Assembly (NCBI GenBank): GCA_964409345.1
Contig: CAYPCZ010000001.1
Coordinates: forward strand, 92,346 to 156,345
Length of the DNA: 64,000 nt
Reading direction: 5' to 3'
From: an uncultured Flavobacterium sp.
GTDB taxonomy: Bacteria; Bacteroidota; Bacteroidia; Flavobacteriales; Flavobacteriaceae
Positions 9,871 through 19,660 of the stretch are shown here, piece after piece. Under the pieces are notes generated by a model. That model did no database searches and had not been told where the DNA came from. It worked only from the letters and a program-made list of their open reading frames with translations. Made by a program: the position numbers and the translations under genes. Numbering within the stretch: the first letter of the stretch is position 1; the number at the start of each line of letters is the position of its first letter.

Positions 9871-10572
9871 ATGGCAAAAATAGACAGCTTGCAAAGAAGA
9901 AAAAATGTAATTAGTTTTTTTTCTGAATTGATTAAAAATTATGATAGAGAATTGTGTGATTTTATTCCTTCTATTTGTTTAGATGTTTCAACAAGTAGTA
10001 CTGGACATATGATGATAGTTTCGAGTATTTTTGATTCAAACAATGAGTTAGCTGATCTATTGCCGTTAGATCAAAATATATCTTCTTGGGATAAGGAGCA
10101 GACTATAATAACTAAGAAAAGACACAAGTTAGACAAATCTGCTCTTTATCCTTACTCTTTCGATAGACTTAGTGAGTTTAAAGAAAAATTAAATTGCGTT
10201 ATTGATAGATATGAAGAAAAATTTTGTTCTAAGTATAATGTAAATATAAATCAATATAGAAATAAATCTTATCCAAAATTTGCTGTTGCTGAATCTGTTT
10301 TCTTGTTTCAGAAAAATGCTATTTTATCATTAACAAGATTTCAAAATACAGCTATCAATATATTATTTGATAGAGGATATATACCATTTGAGTATGATAA
10401 TCAAGAAGCAAAATCTTTATTAGGTGCAGTAGGAAGAAAAGAAAATGTATTACCGTTAATAAATGAAATGTATGATTTAGATGTGCCTTTATTAGAAAAG
10501 TATTCTCATGTAGGAGATGCAATTGCTCAGGGGTATTATCATAATTTTATCATGCGTCAATCAATAATTTAA
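9871..10572 (+). CDS. RuvC-like Holliday junction resolvase
   Basis: ICLDVSTSSTG (D..S..TG), FAVAESVFLFQKNAILSL (E-containing motif), FEYDNQEAKSLL, GDAIAQGYYH (DA.A motif), collinear with E. coli RuvC. Confidence 0.6.
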   Translation: MAKIDSLQRRKNVISFFSELIKNYDRELCDFIPSICLDVSTSSTGHMMIVSSIFDSNNELADLLPLDQNISSWDKEQTIITKKRHKLDKSALYPYSFDRLSEFKEKLNCVIDRYEEKFCSKYNVNINQYRNKSYPKFAVAESVFLFQKNAILSLTRFQNTAINILFDRGYIPFEYDNQEAKSLLGAVGRKENVLPLINEMYDLDVPLLEKYSHVGDAIAQGYYHNFIMRQSII

Positions 10573-10585
10573 AAGGGTTTTTAAG

Positions 10586-11251
10586 ATGTCTAAGAGTGCT
10601 TGTGAATTAGTAAGTTTTATTTGTCCAAATCATGACAAAGTAGACCATAAAGGTTTTTCTAAAGAACATCCTGTGTTGTTGGTAACAGGAGAAATGTGTT
10701 TATTACCAAGAATTTATATAACAGATTCAAATTCTGAACCAAGAGCTTATGGTGTGAAAATTCCTGTTAATTGTTGTACTGAATGTTGGGATTCTATGAT
10801 GTATCCTGAATATTTTATAAGTATTGCAGCTAATCCGAAGTATAAAGATAAGTTAAGTCTTGAATCTGAATATATTTTAAATAATAATCTTCCAAAAGCA
10901 AAAAGAGAGATTTTTTGTAATAATGCGAATAGAGCAGTGGTACATAAGGGTGATAGTTTAAACAAAACAAACGATATTGTTTGCAGGGGTTTATTTTTAA
11001 TACAACCTCTTGAGTATTTATCGTATGTTGATAATAGGGTATATCAAGACACCGGCAAACCAATGAATGCCTATACATTTGAGTTAGAGATTGATTGTTG
11101 TTTGGATTGTTTAGAAATTGGATGGGAACAGATCAAATCATTAAGAATGAATAAATTAATAGAAAGATTTGCCAAACCTGATTCTCCTGATATTAGAAAC
11201 AATCCAGACTTTGCTGCAACATTTAATTACTTTAAGGCTTTGTCACAATAA
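10586..11251 (+). CDS. hypothetical Cys-rich protein
   Basis: 221 aa with several CxxC / CC..C pairs (CPNH, CCTECW, CCLDC). Confidence 0.5.
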   Translation: MSKSACELVSFICPNHDKVDHKGFSKEHPVLLVTGEMCLLPRIYITDSNSEPRAYGVKIPVNCCTECWDSMMYPEYFISIAANPKYKDKLSLESEYILNNNLPKAKREIFCNNANRAVVHKGDSLNKTNDIVCRGLFLIQPLEYLSYVDNRVYQDTGKPMNAYTFELEIDCCLDCLEIGWEQIKSLRMNKLIERFAKPDSPDIRNNPDFAATFNYFKALSQ

Positions 11252-11269
11252 TTTAATAAGGAAGATAAT

Positions 11270-12562
11270 ATGAGTAACATAATTGCAGAAGTAGAAAAGT
11301 TAGATTTAAGTAATTTTGAATTTAAAGATTATATCTCAGCATCTCAAATAAAAGGATTTGAATGTCCAACAAGATGGGCAGATTCATTAATTAATCCTTC
11401 TTTTTATTCAAACACTGGTCCAACAGCTTTTGGAGATGCAATTCATGTTACTATTGAGCAATTAAGTTATTTGGCAGTTGAAAAATATGATAGATTTACT
11501 GGAAAACTTACAGATGATGAAGTTTTTGGAACTTGGAAAAATATTTTAACTAAATATCCTGCTTTAGTTTCATTGGAAAATTTCCAGAGAGGTATTAGAC
11601 AGCTTACTTTTTGGATAAGTGAAGAAAGAAAGCGCAATGCAAGGATATTTGTAGATTTTAATGGTGTTCCTGGAATTGAGATGAATTTTTATTGCTATCT
11701 TCCCAATGGAGTTATGGTAAGGGGTATTATAGATAGAATAGAAGAAAATGATTATACAGACTCTGATACATTAGAATTAATAGATTGGAAAACTGGTTTT
11801 CTAAAAGATGATCATAGTAAACAGATGACCCTTTACAAAATAGCCGGTAATCAAAATATAGATAAAAGTAAAAAAATAAAAACAAGAGTCTGCGAATTAG
11901 AACGAGAATATATAGAAAATTATATAATTACAAGCAAAGATGTTGAAGAATATAATAATTTTGTTTTAATATTAAAACAAACAATTGATAATTATGCAGA
12001 AAATATCAAGCATTACATCGAATCTGGACAAATCAAAGAACTTTATGAATTCTTGTTTAGATTTGCTAATTTTAACAAGTGGTGTTATACATGTAGATTA
12101 TCTTCGGTTTGTAAAACATATATAAGTAAAATTTATGGTTACATACCGGGTTTAGAAAATACAGATGGAATGACAGATTTAGAGGTTGTAGAAAGTTTAG
12201 TAGCTCAACATGAACATCTCAAGATGATTGAAAAATCTGTTAACAAGATGGCAAAAAATATTGATTCTAGACTTATTGATTATCTAAGTAAAAATGAAGG
12301 TCAAGAAGTAGAACTTTCTGATGATTATAAATTGGTATTGACAAATAGAACAAGAAGAGATGTGGATGGTAGTATTGCGATACCAATTATGATAGAGTCT
12401 AAATTAAGTCATCTCTTGTCTGTAAGTGTTTCTGCATACCAAGAAGCATTAAGAGAAATCCCCGAAGATAAGTTAAAAGTATTTGAAAGTTCTATAAGTA
12501 CAATCAAGGGAAATGATAATTGGAAATTTGTTAAAACATCCAAAAAATCTAAGAAAGATTAA
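11270..12562 (+). CDS. PD-(D/E)XK nuclease, RecB/Cas4-like
   Basis: GDAIH, GIIDRIE...LELIDWKTG (D...ExK core), downstream Cys cluster CYTCRLSSVC reminiscent of Cas4/AddB Fe-S cysteines. Confidence 0.6.
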   Translation: MSNIIAEVEKLDLSNFEFKDYISASQIKGFECPTRWADSLINPSFYSNTGPTAFGDAIHVTIEQLSYLAVEKYDRFTGKLTDDEVFGTWKNILTKYPALVSLENFQRGIRQLTFWISEERKRNARIFVDFNGVPGIEMNFYCYLPNGVMVRGIIDRIEENDYTDSDTLELIDWKTGFLKDDHSKQMTLYKIAGNQNIDKSKKIKTRVCELEREYIENYIITSKDVEEYNNFVLILKQTIDNYAENIKHYIESGQIKELYEFLFRFANFNKWCYTCRLSSVCKTYISKIYGYIPGLENTDGMTDLEVVESLVAQHEHLKMIEKSVNKMAKNIDSRLIDYLSKNEGQEVELSDDYKLVLTNRTRRDVDGSIAIPIMIESKLSHLLSVSVSAYQEALREIPEDKLKVFESSISTIKGNDNWKFVKTSKKSKKD

Positions 12563-12566
12563 TCTA

Positions 12567-13019
12567 TTGATTGATATAGAAGATAACTCTGATAGAAAAT
12601 TAATATTTTATTGTGACGGTGGATTTAGTAGAAGTAAATTTCCTCTATCACCAGCTTACGGTTCTTTTATACATGTAGAGCAAATCATATTAAGAGGACA
12701 TACTAAACCAAGTAACAAATGGTCTGAACAAAAATTTATCAATCATCCAGTAGAGATTTCTACAACTCAGATGTCTGAAGTGGCTACATTGAGGTGGCTT
12801 TTAGGTATTATAAAAAATGATTTTTCTAATGAAAAAGAAATAATCATAAGGATGGACAGTAGATTTACAATAAATGCTGTACAGGGTAATTATAAATTAA
12901 AAGTCAAACGTATCATTCCTATTGTTAAAGAAACATCTCAATTATTAAAATCTTGTAAAACAAAGATTAATTTTGAGTGGATTTCAGGCAATGTTATGAA
13001 AACTATCTTGGGACATTGA
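12567..13019 (+). CDS. RNase H-like protein (start uncertain)
   Basis: IFYCDGG (DG motif), MSEVATL (E), IRMDSRF (D); track ORF starts at 12513 inside the upstream gene; an in-frame TTG at 12567 follows the upstream stop. Confidence 0.45.
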   Translation: MIDIEDNSDRKLIFYCDGGFSRSKFPLSPAYGSFIHVEQIILRGHTKPSNKWSEQKFINHPVEISTTQMSEVATLRWLLGIIKNDFSNEKEIIIRMDSRFTINAVQGNYKLKVKRIIPIVKETSQLLKSCKTKINFEWISGNVMKTILGH

Positions 13020-13023
13020 TAAT

Positions 13024-13212
13024 ATGACTTCTCATGAATTGGCTAAAATATTATTAAATATGCCAGATGTAAATATTGACATTAGAAATATCGCTGGAGA
13101 TTTTGGAGGTGAAGTAGAAAAAGTTGAATTAATACCAGCAGGAAAATTTGGTTGGAATAAAGATTATTCTTTTATTAGAATTGATTCAGAATCAGATGAA
13201 TATTTGTATTAA
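13024..13212 (+). CDS. hypothetical small protein
   Basis: 62-aa ORF. Confidence 0.4.
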   Translation: MTSHELAKILLNMPDVNIDIRNIAGDFGGEVEKVELIPAGKFGWNKDYSFIRIDSESDEYLY

Positions 13213-13260
13213 TTGTGTATATTAAACAATAAAATACTTCAAACAGAAAGGTAGTAAAAA

Positions 13261-13806
13261 ATGGCTATCACCGAACAGGATGTTAGAAATCTTTTAGCAG
13301 CAGCTAAAAAGCAAAGAGAACAGCTTCAGAAGTTTGCTGATCTTGATGTTACCGATGTTGAAAGTCTTAAAATTTTAAAAGAAGAAATCAATGCAGAACG
13401 TGAGAAAGTTGCATTTTTAGAAAATAATGAACTGGATCAGGAAATTGATGATTTCTTAGATTCTGTTAGAAAAGATGATGTTGTGGAAGGTGGAGATACA
13501 ACGGTTGAAAATCCTCCTGTTGATGGCTCCATTGGATCAAGTGTAGAAACTGGAAATGCACCTATTACTGATAATTCTATTCCAGGAGAGGGAACTGGTT
13601 CTACTGATGGATCGAATGTAGAAACTCCTAGCGATAGTTTAGAAAATGTAGAAACTCCTAGCGAAAATGGACCCGCCAATCTTGACGTTGAAGGAAAAAG
13701 ACTTCCTGATGGCTCTGTTTTAAAACCTGATGGTAGCAGAATTTTTGCTGATGGAACTGCTATTGATGCACATGGGAATCGTGTTTCACCTCCTGAAAAT
13801 CAGTAA
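13261..13806 (+). CDS. hypothetical protein, coiled-coil N-terminus and low-complexity repeat C-terminus
   Basis: 181 aa; contains 20-nt direct repeat (13615-13634 / 13645-13664) encoding NVETPS; followed by a clear terminator. Confidence 0.55.
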   Translation: MAITEQDVRNLLAAAKKQREQLQKFADLDVTDVESLKILKEEINAEREKVAFLENNELDQEIDDFLDSVRKDDVVEGGDTTVENPPVDGSIGSSVETGNAPITDNSIPGEGTGSTDGSNVETPSDSLENVETPSENGPANLDVEGKRLPDGSVLKPDGSRIFADGTAIDAHGNRVSPPENQ

Positions 13807-13820
13807 TAAAAAATAAACAA

Positions 13821-13856
13821 AAGAGGAGTGCAATTTATTGCATTCCTCTTTTTTCT
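13821..13856 (+). terminator. rho-independent terminator
   Basis: AAGAGGAGTGCAAT / ATTGCATTCCTCTT stem followed by a T-run. Confidence 0.65.
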
Positions 13857-13862
13857 TTTCTT

Positions 13863-14309
13863 ATGAAAAAAATAAAATTAAATAATTCAGATTTATGTGC
13901 AATTGTTGATGATGAAGATTTTGATGAAATTAACCATCATGACTGGTATCTTCATTTAGGGAGAGCTAAGTCTGTTAAACCTATAAATGATAAAAGAATT
14001 TATCTTCATCAATATCTGCTTTTAAATAAAATAAATGAAAATAAAAGTAAAATTTTTATTAAACATAAAGATAAAAATTTATTAAATTGTACTCGTTCTA
14101 ATTTGATAATAATAACTGCTGAAGAAAAAACAAGACAGTCTAATAATAGATTAAATAAAACTTCTAAATATCGTGGTGTATCTTTTGATAGTAAAAGTAA
14201 TGGCTGGAGAGCAAGTATAACTATAAATAAAAAGTTATATAACCTAGGTACTTACGATTCAGAAGAAGAAGCATATAGAATATATAAAGAATATAAAGAT
14301 AAATATTAA
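13863..14309 (+). CDS. HNH-AP2 homing endonuclease (free-standing)
   Basis: HNH_3-like HQYLL...HKDKNLLNCTRSNL plus AP2 domain YRGVSFDSKSNGWRASI...LGTYDSEEEAYRIY; sits directly upstream of dnaE. Confidence 0.7.
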   Translation: MKKIKLNNSDLCAIVDDEDFDEINHHDWYLHLGRAKSVKPINDKRIYLHQYLLLNKINENKSKIFIKHKDKNLLNCTRSNLIIITAEEKTRQSNNRLNKTSKYRGVSFDSKSNGWRASITINKKLYNLGTYDSEEEAYRIYKEYKDKY

Positions 14310-14342
14310 ATTGTTTCTACATAATAAATACAAGGGATTTAT

Positions 14343-17300
14343 ATGAGTTTTTGTCACTTACACTGTCATTCCCAAGGTTCATTTGCTGTAAAAAACGATG
14401 GATGTGCCAAACCTGAAGATATGCTTAGTAGGGTAAGTGAGCTTAAGATGCCAGGTATAGCAATTACTGATCACGGATCAATGATTGAGATTATTTCTTC
14501 TTTAAATCTTGCACAAGAATATGAAGTTAAAGTAATTCCAGGTATGGAAGCTTATATGGTCCATGATGTCAATAAGATGTCTGGAAATTCAAGTTATCAC
14601 ATAACACTTCTTGCTATAAGTGATATAGGTCTTTCTAACTTATATAAACTTCATCATGAATCTTATAAATATTTTTACTATAAACCAAACATAGATTTTA
14701 ATTTACTTAATCAATATAATGAAGGTATTGTATGTCTTAGTGGGTGTCCGGCTGGTATGTTTTCTGAATATTTTAGATCAGGAAATATTCAAGAAGCAAT
14801 TAAGACTTTGACTAAGTTTAAAAATATATTTGGTGATAGGTTTTATGGAGAAATACAAAGAATTGGTATTCCAGAGTTAGATAGATTTGCTGATTCTTAT
14901 TACGATATTTTTATAGATCAAAACATAAAGCCAATAGCAACTAATGATGTTCATTTTGTACACAAAGAAGATAATACCTTGCATGATATAGCTATATGTA
15001 TTAATAAAGGTATGAAATTAGGAGACCCAAATCGAGCTTTAAAATCATGTCCAGAAACTTACTTAAAATCAATAGATGAAATAAAAGAAATATTCTCTGA
15101 CAAGATGGCTGCCGTTCACAATACAATGGAAGTATTTGAAAGATGTAATATAAGTCCATTGCGTAAACAGAATTTAATGCCCTCCTTCGTTGTTCCAGAT
15201 AATTTTGTTTCTAACAAACCAGACGACGAAAAGATATTTGATTATCTGGTTTACAAAACTAAACAAGGTCTTAAAGAACTTATTCCAAAAGAACAATTAA
15301 AAAAAGCAGTATCAAGATGTCAAGGTGAACTGTCTGTTATTAGAAGAATGGGCTTTTCATCTTACTTTTTAATTGTTGCAGATTTTATTGAATGGGCAAG
15401 AAGTAAAAATATACCAATTGGTCTTGGTAGGGGTTCAGCGGCTGGCTCTTTGGTTTGTTATTGTTTAAAAATTACAGCAGTTATTAATCCACTAGATCAT
15501 GGTCTTATATTTGAAAGATTTTTAAATGAAGGTCGTGTTGGTTCGCCGCCAGATATTGATATTGACGTATCTTATACAAACAGACAAGAAGTAATTAGTT
15601 ATGTAAGAGAAAAGTATGGTGAATCTCGAGTTGCTATAATAGGAACTATGGGTACATTTAAACCCAAGACATGTATTAGAGATGTTGCTAGAGTTTTAGG
15701 TTTGCCTGATTCTTTATCAGATCAAATCTCAAAGTGCATACCTGAACCAATTCAAGGTATTGATATGAACTTTCAGATGGCACTTAAGGAATCTGAAAAA
15801 TTTAAAAAGTTTTATGAACGTTCGCAAAATCCTCAAAATAAAGATGACGAAAAATTAACTAAACTTTTTAAATATGCCATGCAGCTTGAAGGAAATAAAA
15901 GACATATTTCAAAACATGCTGCTGGAGTTGTAATAGCTCCAGAAGGAAAAAGCGTCAGTGACTTTCTTCCAGTTATGATAGACTCAAAAGATAAATCAGT
16001 TTTTACTGCTGTAGATATGCATACCGTAGAAGATGCTGGTGCATTAAAAATGGACTTTTTAGGTCTTAAGACATTGGATAAAATTCACAATTGTATGTTA
16101 AGAACTGGTCACAAAGATGGTTATTACTATTTAGTTAAAAATTGTGATATTCATAATAAACAAGTTTATGACTCTGTATTCAGAGAACAAAATACAATAG
16201 GTATTTTTCAATTTGAAAAAGAAGGAATGCGGGGAGCATTAAAAGATTTTGGAGGTAATTGTTTTAATGATCTTGTTGTAGTAGTTTCAGCAATGAGACC
16301 AGGCCCAAAAGATGAAATACCAAAAATGGCAGATGTTAAGTGGGGAAGAAGAATTGCTGATTATGATCATCCAATGTTAGAGTCAATATTAGATGAGACT
16401 TATGGTGTCTGTATAGAAGAAAATTCACTTATTCAAATGTCAGATTTTTCTAATAAAAAAATCAAAGATATTGTTGTGGGAGATAAAATTATTTCTCATG
16501 ATGGTAGTTATAATTTAGTAAAAAGAAAAATAAATAATGGCAATAAGAAAATAATAAATTTAAAATTAAGAGATGGAAGAGAATTAAAATGTACTCCAGA
16601 CCACAAGATATTTACTCTTAATGGGTGGATTGAAGCACAAAATTGTAAGAATGAATTTATAGGAAGAAATATAAATTATAGAAATACTGGCAATAAATTA
16701 AGTATTCAAGAAGCAAGATTAATCGGTTATCTTACTGGAGATGGTTGTATTTCTGGTAAAAAAGATATTTCTTTTTATTCAACCTGTAAAGCAGTTATTG
16801 AAGATTTTCAAGATATGGTTGAGCAATTTGGTTCGAGATATACTGTTTATGAACGAGAAAGATCAATACAGATACAGGTGTATGCTGAACCAAATAATAA
16901 ATATAAATCTACCTCAACCGTACTTAAGCTTATGAGAGATTGTGAATTACAGAAATGTAATTCACATACAAAATTTGTTCCTACTATTATTCAAAATGCT
17001 GATCGAGATAGCGTTTTTCAGTATCTAGCATCATATTTTGATTGTGATGGTCATGTAAGTGAAAGTTGTGCTTTTATTAAAACGGTATCACTATTATTAG
17101 CAGAGCAAGTATCTGAATTGTTATTTTCTGTAGGAATTCCATGTTCTGTATATAGTACTTTTTATAAAGAATGTAAAGCATATCAAATAACTATTTATGA
17201 TGGTAATAAATTTGAATATATTAGAAAATATATGAAAAGAGATGTTCCATTATTAGTTGGAACTCCAGGTGGTGATGGTTATTTTCCAGTTTCTATAATT

Positions 17301-18827
17301 AAAAATATTTGTAAAAATAATAACATTTCTCAAAGAAAATTAACTTCACAATATGGAATTGAAAGATCATTATTAAATAGAACATATTATATTAAAAGAT
17401 ATGTTGCGAATAGATTATTAAAAGCTTTAAATATAACTGATTATGAAAATAAAATTTTTACATTAGTTGATGATATTTCTGAAGTCGGTACTGCAAATGT
17501 TTATGATTTAGAAATAGATAATGTTCACTCATTTATAGCTTCTGGAATTCCAGTACATAATTGTCTTTATCAGGAGCAAGCAATTAGAATATTTGTTGAA
17601 TTAGCCAACTTTTCTGCTGTTCAAGCTGATCTTGCTAGACGTGCTATAGGTAAAAAGAAACCAAAAGAAATGGAAGCATTAAGAAAAGACTTTTTTACTG
17701 GATGTTCTGATAATAAAATTGATAGACATATTGCACAAAAGATATTTGATAAAATTGAAAAGTTTGCATTTTATTCTTTTAATAAATCCCATGCCGGAGT
17801 TTATGCTGGAATAGCTTTTTTTACTGCGTATTGTAAAACATATCATCCTGCATACTATATGGCAGAGTGTTTTAACTTTGATAAATTTGATAAATTTAAG
17901 TTGTTTGTTGAAGATTGTAGAAGGATGGGTATTCCTGTTTTACCACCAGATATAAATTGTTCTAAAGAGCGTTTTAGTGTAGAAAAGTTTGATAAATCTT
18001 TACATGTTAAAAATCCATATTTTGATACTTTATATAAAGATATTGAGGATGGAACTGAATGTATTAGATTTGGATATGAGTATGTTAAAAATGTTTGTCA
18101 AGGTTTAGATTTACATTTAAGACACAAGTTACCATATACTACAATTATTGATTTTGTTCAGCGTAATGAAAAGTTAGATAAGTCATCTTTAGAGTGGTTA
18201 GCTAAAGTGGGTTTTTTTGATAGTCTTGGAATTTATAGAAATGATGTTTTATTTAATATTGATAAACTAATGTCTCTCCAGAAGACCAAGAGAAAAGATG
18301 TTAGACAAAGAGATATGATGGATTTTATGGATGAAGAAGAAAAAGAATCTATTATATCTTTAGAAAAAACAAATAAAGAAGATGATGATAAAATTAGATT
18401 AAGATGGGAAATTGAAGGTGGTGGCTATGGATTTACCAGTACTTTCCGAGATGCGTTTAAAGAATTTTTAAGTAGATCAAACGGTCTTTCTGTTAAAGAT
18501 ATTGTCAAAATGGAAAATTCATCATCAGTATCCTTTTTAGGAATGATATACAACTTAAAGCCATATAGAAAACCAGTATTTAATAAAGAAACAAATGAAA
18601 AATCAAACAAACTAATGTTCTTTTTTGGTATAGGAGATTTTGATGAACAAATTGATATTGGTTTGTTTGAAGATAGTATTACTAAGAGTTCTAAGATAAT
18701 GAATATTTCTATTTCTGACAATATGTTTGAAAAAGAAGATATTGTATTAGTAACAGGTAAAGTCGTAAATTATAGATTTATTACAGATAGTATAGAAGTA
18801 TTAGAACGAGTAAATAAGAAAAATTAA
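14343..18827 (+). CDS. dnaE: DNA polymerase III alpha subunit (DnaE) interrupted by an intein
   Basis: N-terminal PHP domain HLHCHSQGSF...ITDHG; GLGRGSAAGSLV; PDIDIDV; KMDFLGLKTL; conserved TYGV / LYQEQ motif split by an insert. Confidence 0.9.
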   Translation: MSFCHLHCHSQGSFAVKNDGCAKPEDMLSRVSELKMPGIAITDHGSMIEIISSLNLAQEYEVKVIPGMEAYMVHDVNKMSGNSSYHITLLAISDIGLSNLYKLHHESYKYFYYKPNIDFNLLNQYNEGIVCLSGCPAGMFSEYFRSGNIQEAIKTLTKFKNIFGDRFYGEIQRIGIPELDRFADSYYDIFIDQNIKPIATNDVHFVHKEDNTLHDIAICINKGMKLGDPNRALKSCPETYLKSIDEIKEIFSDKMAAVHNTMEVFERCNISPLRKQNLMPSFVVPDNFVSNKPDDEKIFDYLVYKTKQGLKELIPKEQLKKAVSRCQGELSVIRRMGFSSYFLIVADFIEWARSKNIPIGLGRGSAAGSLVCYCLKITAVINPLDHGLIFERFLNEGRVGSPPDIDIDVSYTNRQEVISYVREKYGESRVAIIGTMGTFKPKTCIRDVARVLGLPDSLSDQISKCIPEPIQGIDMNFQMALKESEKFKKFYERSQNPQNKDDEKLTKLFKYAMQLEGNKRHISKHAAGVVIAPEGKSVSDFLPVMIDSKDKSVFTAVDMHTVEDAGALKMDFLGLKTLDKIHNCMLRTGHKDGYYYLVKNCDIHNKQVYDSVFREQNTIGIFQFEKEGMRGALKDFGGNCFNDLVVVVSAMRPGPKDEIPKMADVKWGRRIADYDHPMLESILDETYGVCIEENSLIQMSDFSNKKIKDIVVGDKIISHDGSYNLVKRKINNGNKKIINLKLRDGRELKCTPDHKIFTLNGWIEAQNCKNEFIGRNINYRNTGNKLSIQEARLIGYLTGDGCISGKKDISFYSTCKAVIEDFQDMVEQFGSRYTVYERERSIQIQVYAEPNNKYKSTSTVLKLMRDCELQKCNSHTKFVPTIIQNADRDSVFQYLASYFDCDGHVSESCAFIKTVSLLLAEQVSELLFSVGIPCSVYSTFYKECKAYQITIYDGNKFEYIRKYMKRDVPLLVGTPGGDGYFPVSIIKNICKNNNISQRKLTSQYGIERSLLNRTYYIKRYVANRLLKALNITDYENKIFTLVDDISEVGTANVYDLEIDNVHSFIASGIPVHNCLYQEQAIRIFVELANFSAVQADLARRAIGKKKPKEMEALRKDFFTGCSDNKIDRHIAQKIFDKIEKFAFYSFNKSHAGVYAGIAFFTAYCKTYHPAYYMAECFNFDKFDKFKLFVEDCRRMGIPVLPPDINCSKERFSVEKFDKSLHVKNPYFDTLYKDIEDGTECIRFGYEYVKNVCQGLDLHLRHKLPYTTIIDFVQRNEKLDKSSLEWLAKVGFFDSLGIYRNDVLFNIDKLMSLQKTKRKDVRQRDMMDFMDEEEKESIISLEKTNKEDDDKIRLRWEIEGGGYGFTSTFRDAFKEFLSRSNGLSVKDIVKMENSSSVSFLGMIYNLKPYRKPVFNKETNEKSNKLMFFFGIGDFDEQIDIGLFEDSITKSSKIMNISISDNMFEKEDIVLVTGKVVNYRFITDSIEVLERVNKKN
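16410..17561 (+). mobile_element. DnaE intein with LAGLIDADG homing endonuclease domain (384 aa)
   Basis: Starts with Cys right after ...ETYGV and ends ...GIPVHN followed by +1 Cys (CLYQEQ). Two LAGLIDADG-like blocks (LIGYLTGDGC, YLASYFDCDGH). Excision restores the DnaE TYGV-(C)LYQEQ motif. Confidence 0.85.
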
Positions 18828-18829
18828 AT

Positions 18830-19033
18830 ATGGATTACTTATTATTTTCACTCTCTATATTGTTATGTTTTTTATTATTATTTTCAACAAGTTATAAAAT
18901 AGATAAATATACAGATGATAAAAAATTGAGATTAAGAATAATGGTATTTGTAACATATATAGTTGTATTTATACATTTTTTTTGGTATTTAAATTTAACT
19001 GGATTAATAAAATTTATTGATAAGGATTTTTAA
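18830..19033 (+). CDS. small membrane protein
   Basis: 67 aa with two hydrophobic segments. Confidence 0.4.
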   Translation: MDYLLFSLSILLCFLLLFSTSYKIDKYTDDKKLRLRIMVFVTYIVVFIHFFWYLNLTGLIKFIDKDF

Positions 19034-19660
19034 ATGGGTTTTGGAAAAGCTGATCCTAATATTAAGTGGTGTGCCCTTTGTGGTGGATTGTGGGAAGAAG
19101 ATTCTGATAAATGTACTAATCCTACATGTGCATCTGGAAAAAAACTTGGTATCAAAGAGGATAATGAAGAAGAAATCACTGCTGATGATTGTATTATTGA
19201 TGATGATAATTATCCATTTATTATTAATACTGCCTTAGATTTAATTTATTGTAGAATCTGTAAGCAAGAATGGAATCAAAAAAATAATTCATGTTTTAAT
19301 TCAGAATGCTCTAATTACAATGATGACTTAGATGATAAGGTCGCCATACACGAGCCAGACCCAATTGTAACATCAAAGTCTAAAGATGTTACAATGATAT
19401 TAATGTCAATTCTTAAAGATTCTGGATATGAAAAAACTGCCGTAGCTTTAAAACACAGAGCCAAAGAAGGCTTTGTTAAATATGGAACATTATTAAAATC
19501 TCATAATAATCGCAATGCCGAAATGGATGCATTGCAAGAATCTTTAGATTTAAATCAATATCTATTTCAGTGTTTAATTGAAAGAGATATAGCATACGAA
19601 GAATTAAAAAATAATTATAATGAATTATTAAGAGAGAAGCAGAGTAATGAAAAAAGATAA
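19034..19660 (+). CDS. zinc-ribbon protein with possible MazG-like C-terminal domain
   Basis: Two CxxC...CxxxC pairs (CALCGG..CTNPTC; CRIC..CFNSEC); C-terminal KYGTLL...NAEMDALQESLDLNQYL resembles phage MazG-type pyrophosphohydrolase helices (weak). Confidence 0.4.
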   Translation: MGFGKADPNIKWCALCGGLWEEDSDKCTNPTCASGKKLGIKEDNEEEITADDCIIDDDNYPFIINTALDLIYCRICKQEWNQKNNSCFNSECSNYNDDLDDKVAIHEPDPIVTSKSKDVTMILMSILKDSGYEKTAVALKHRAKEGFVKYGTLLKSHNNRNAEMDALQESLDLNQYLFQCLIERDIAYEELKNNYNELLREKQSNEKR

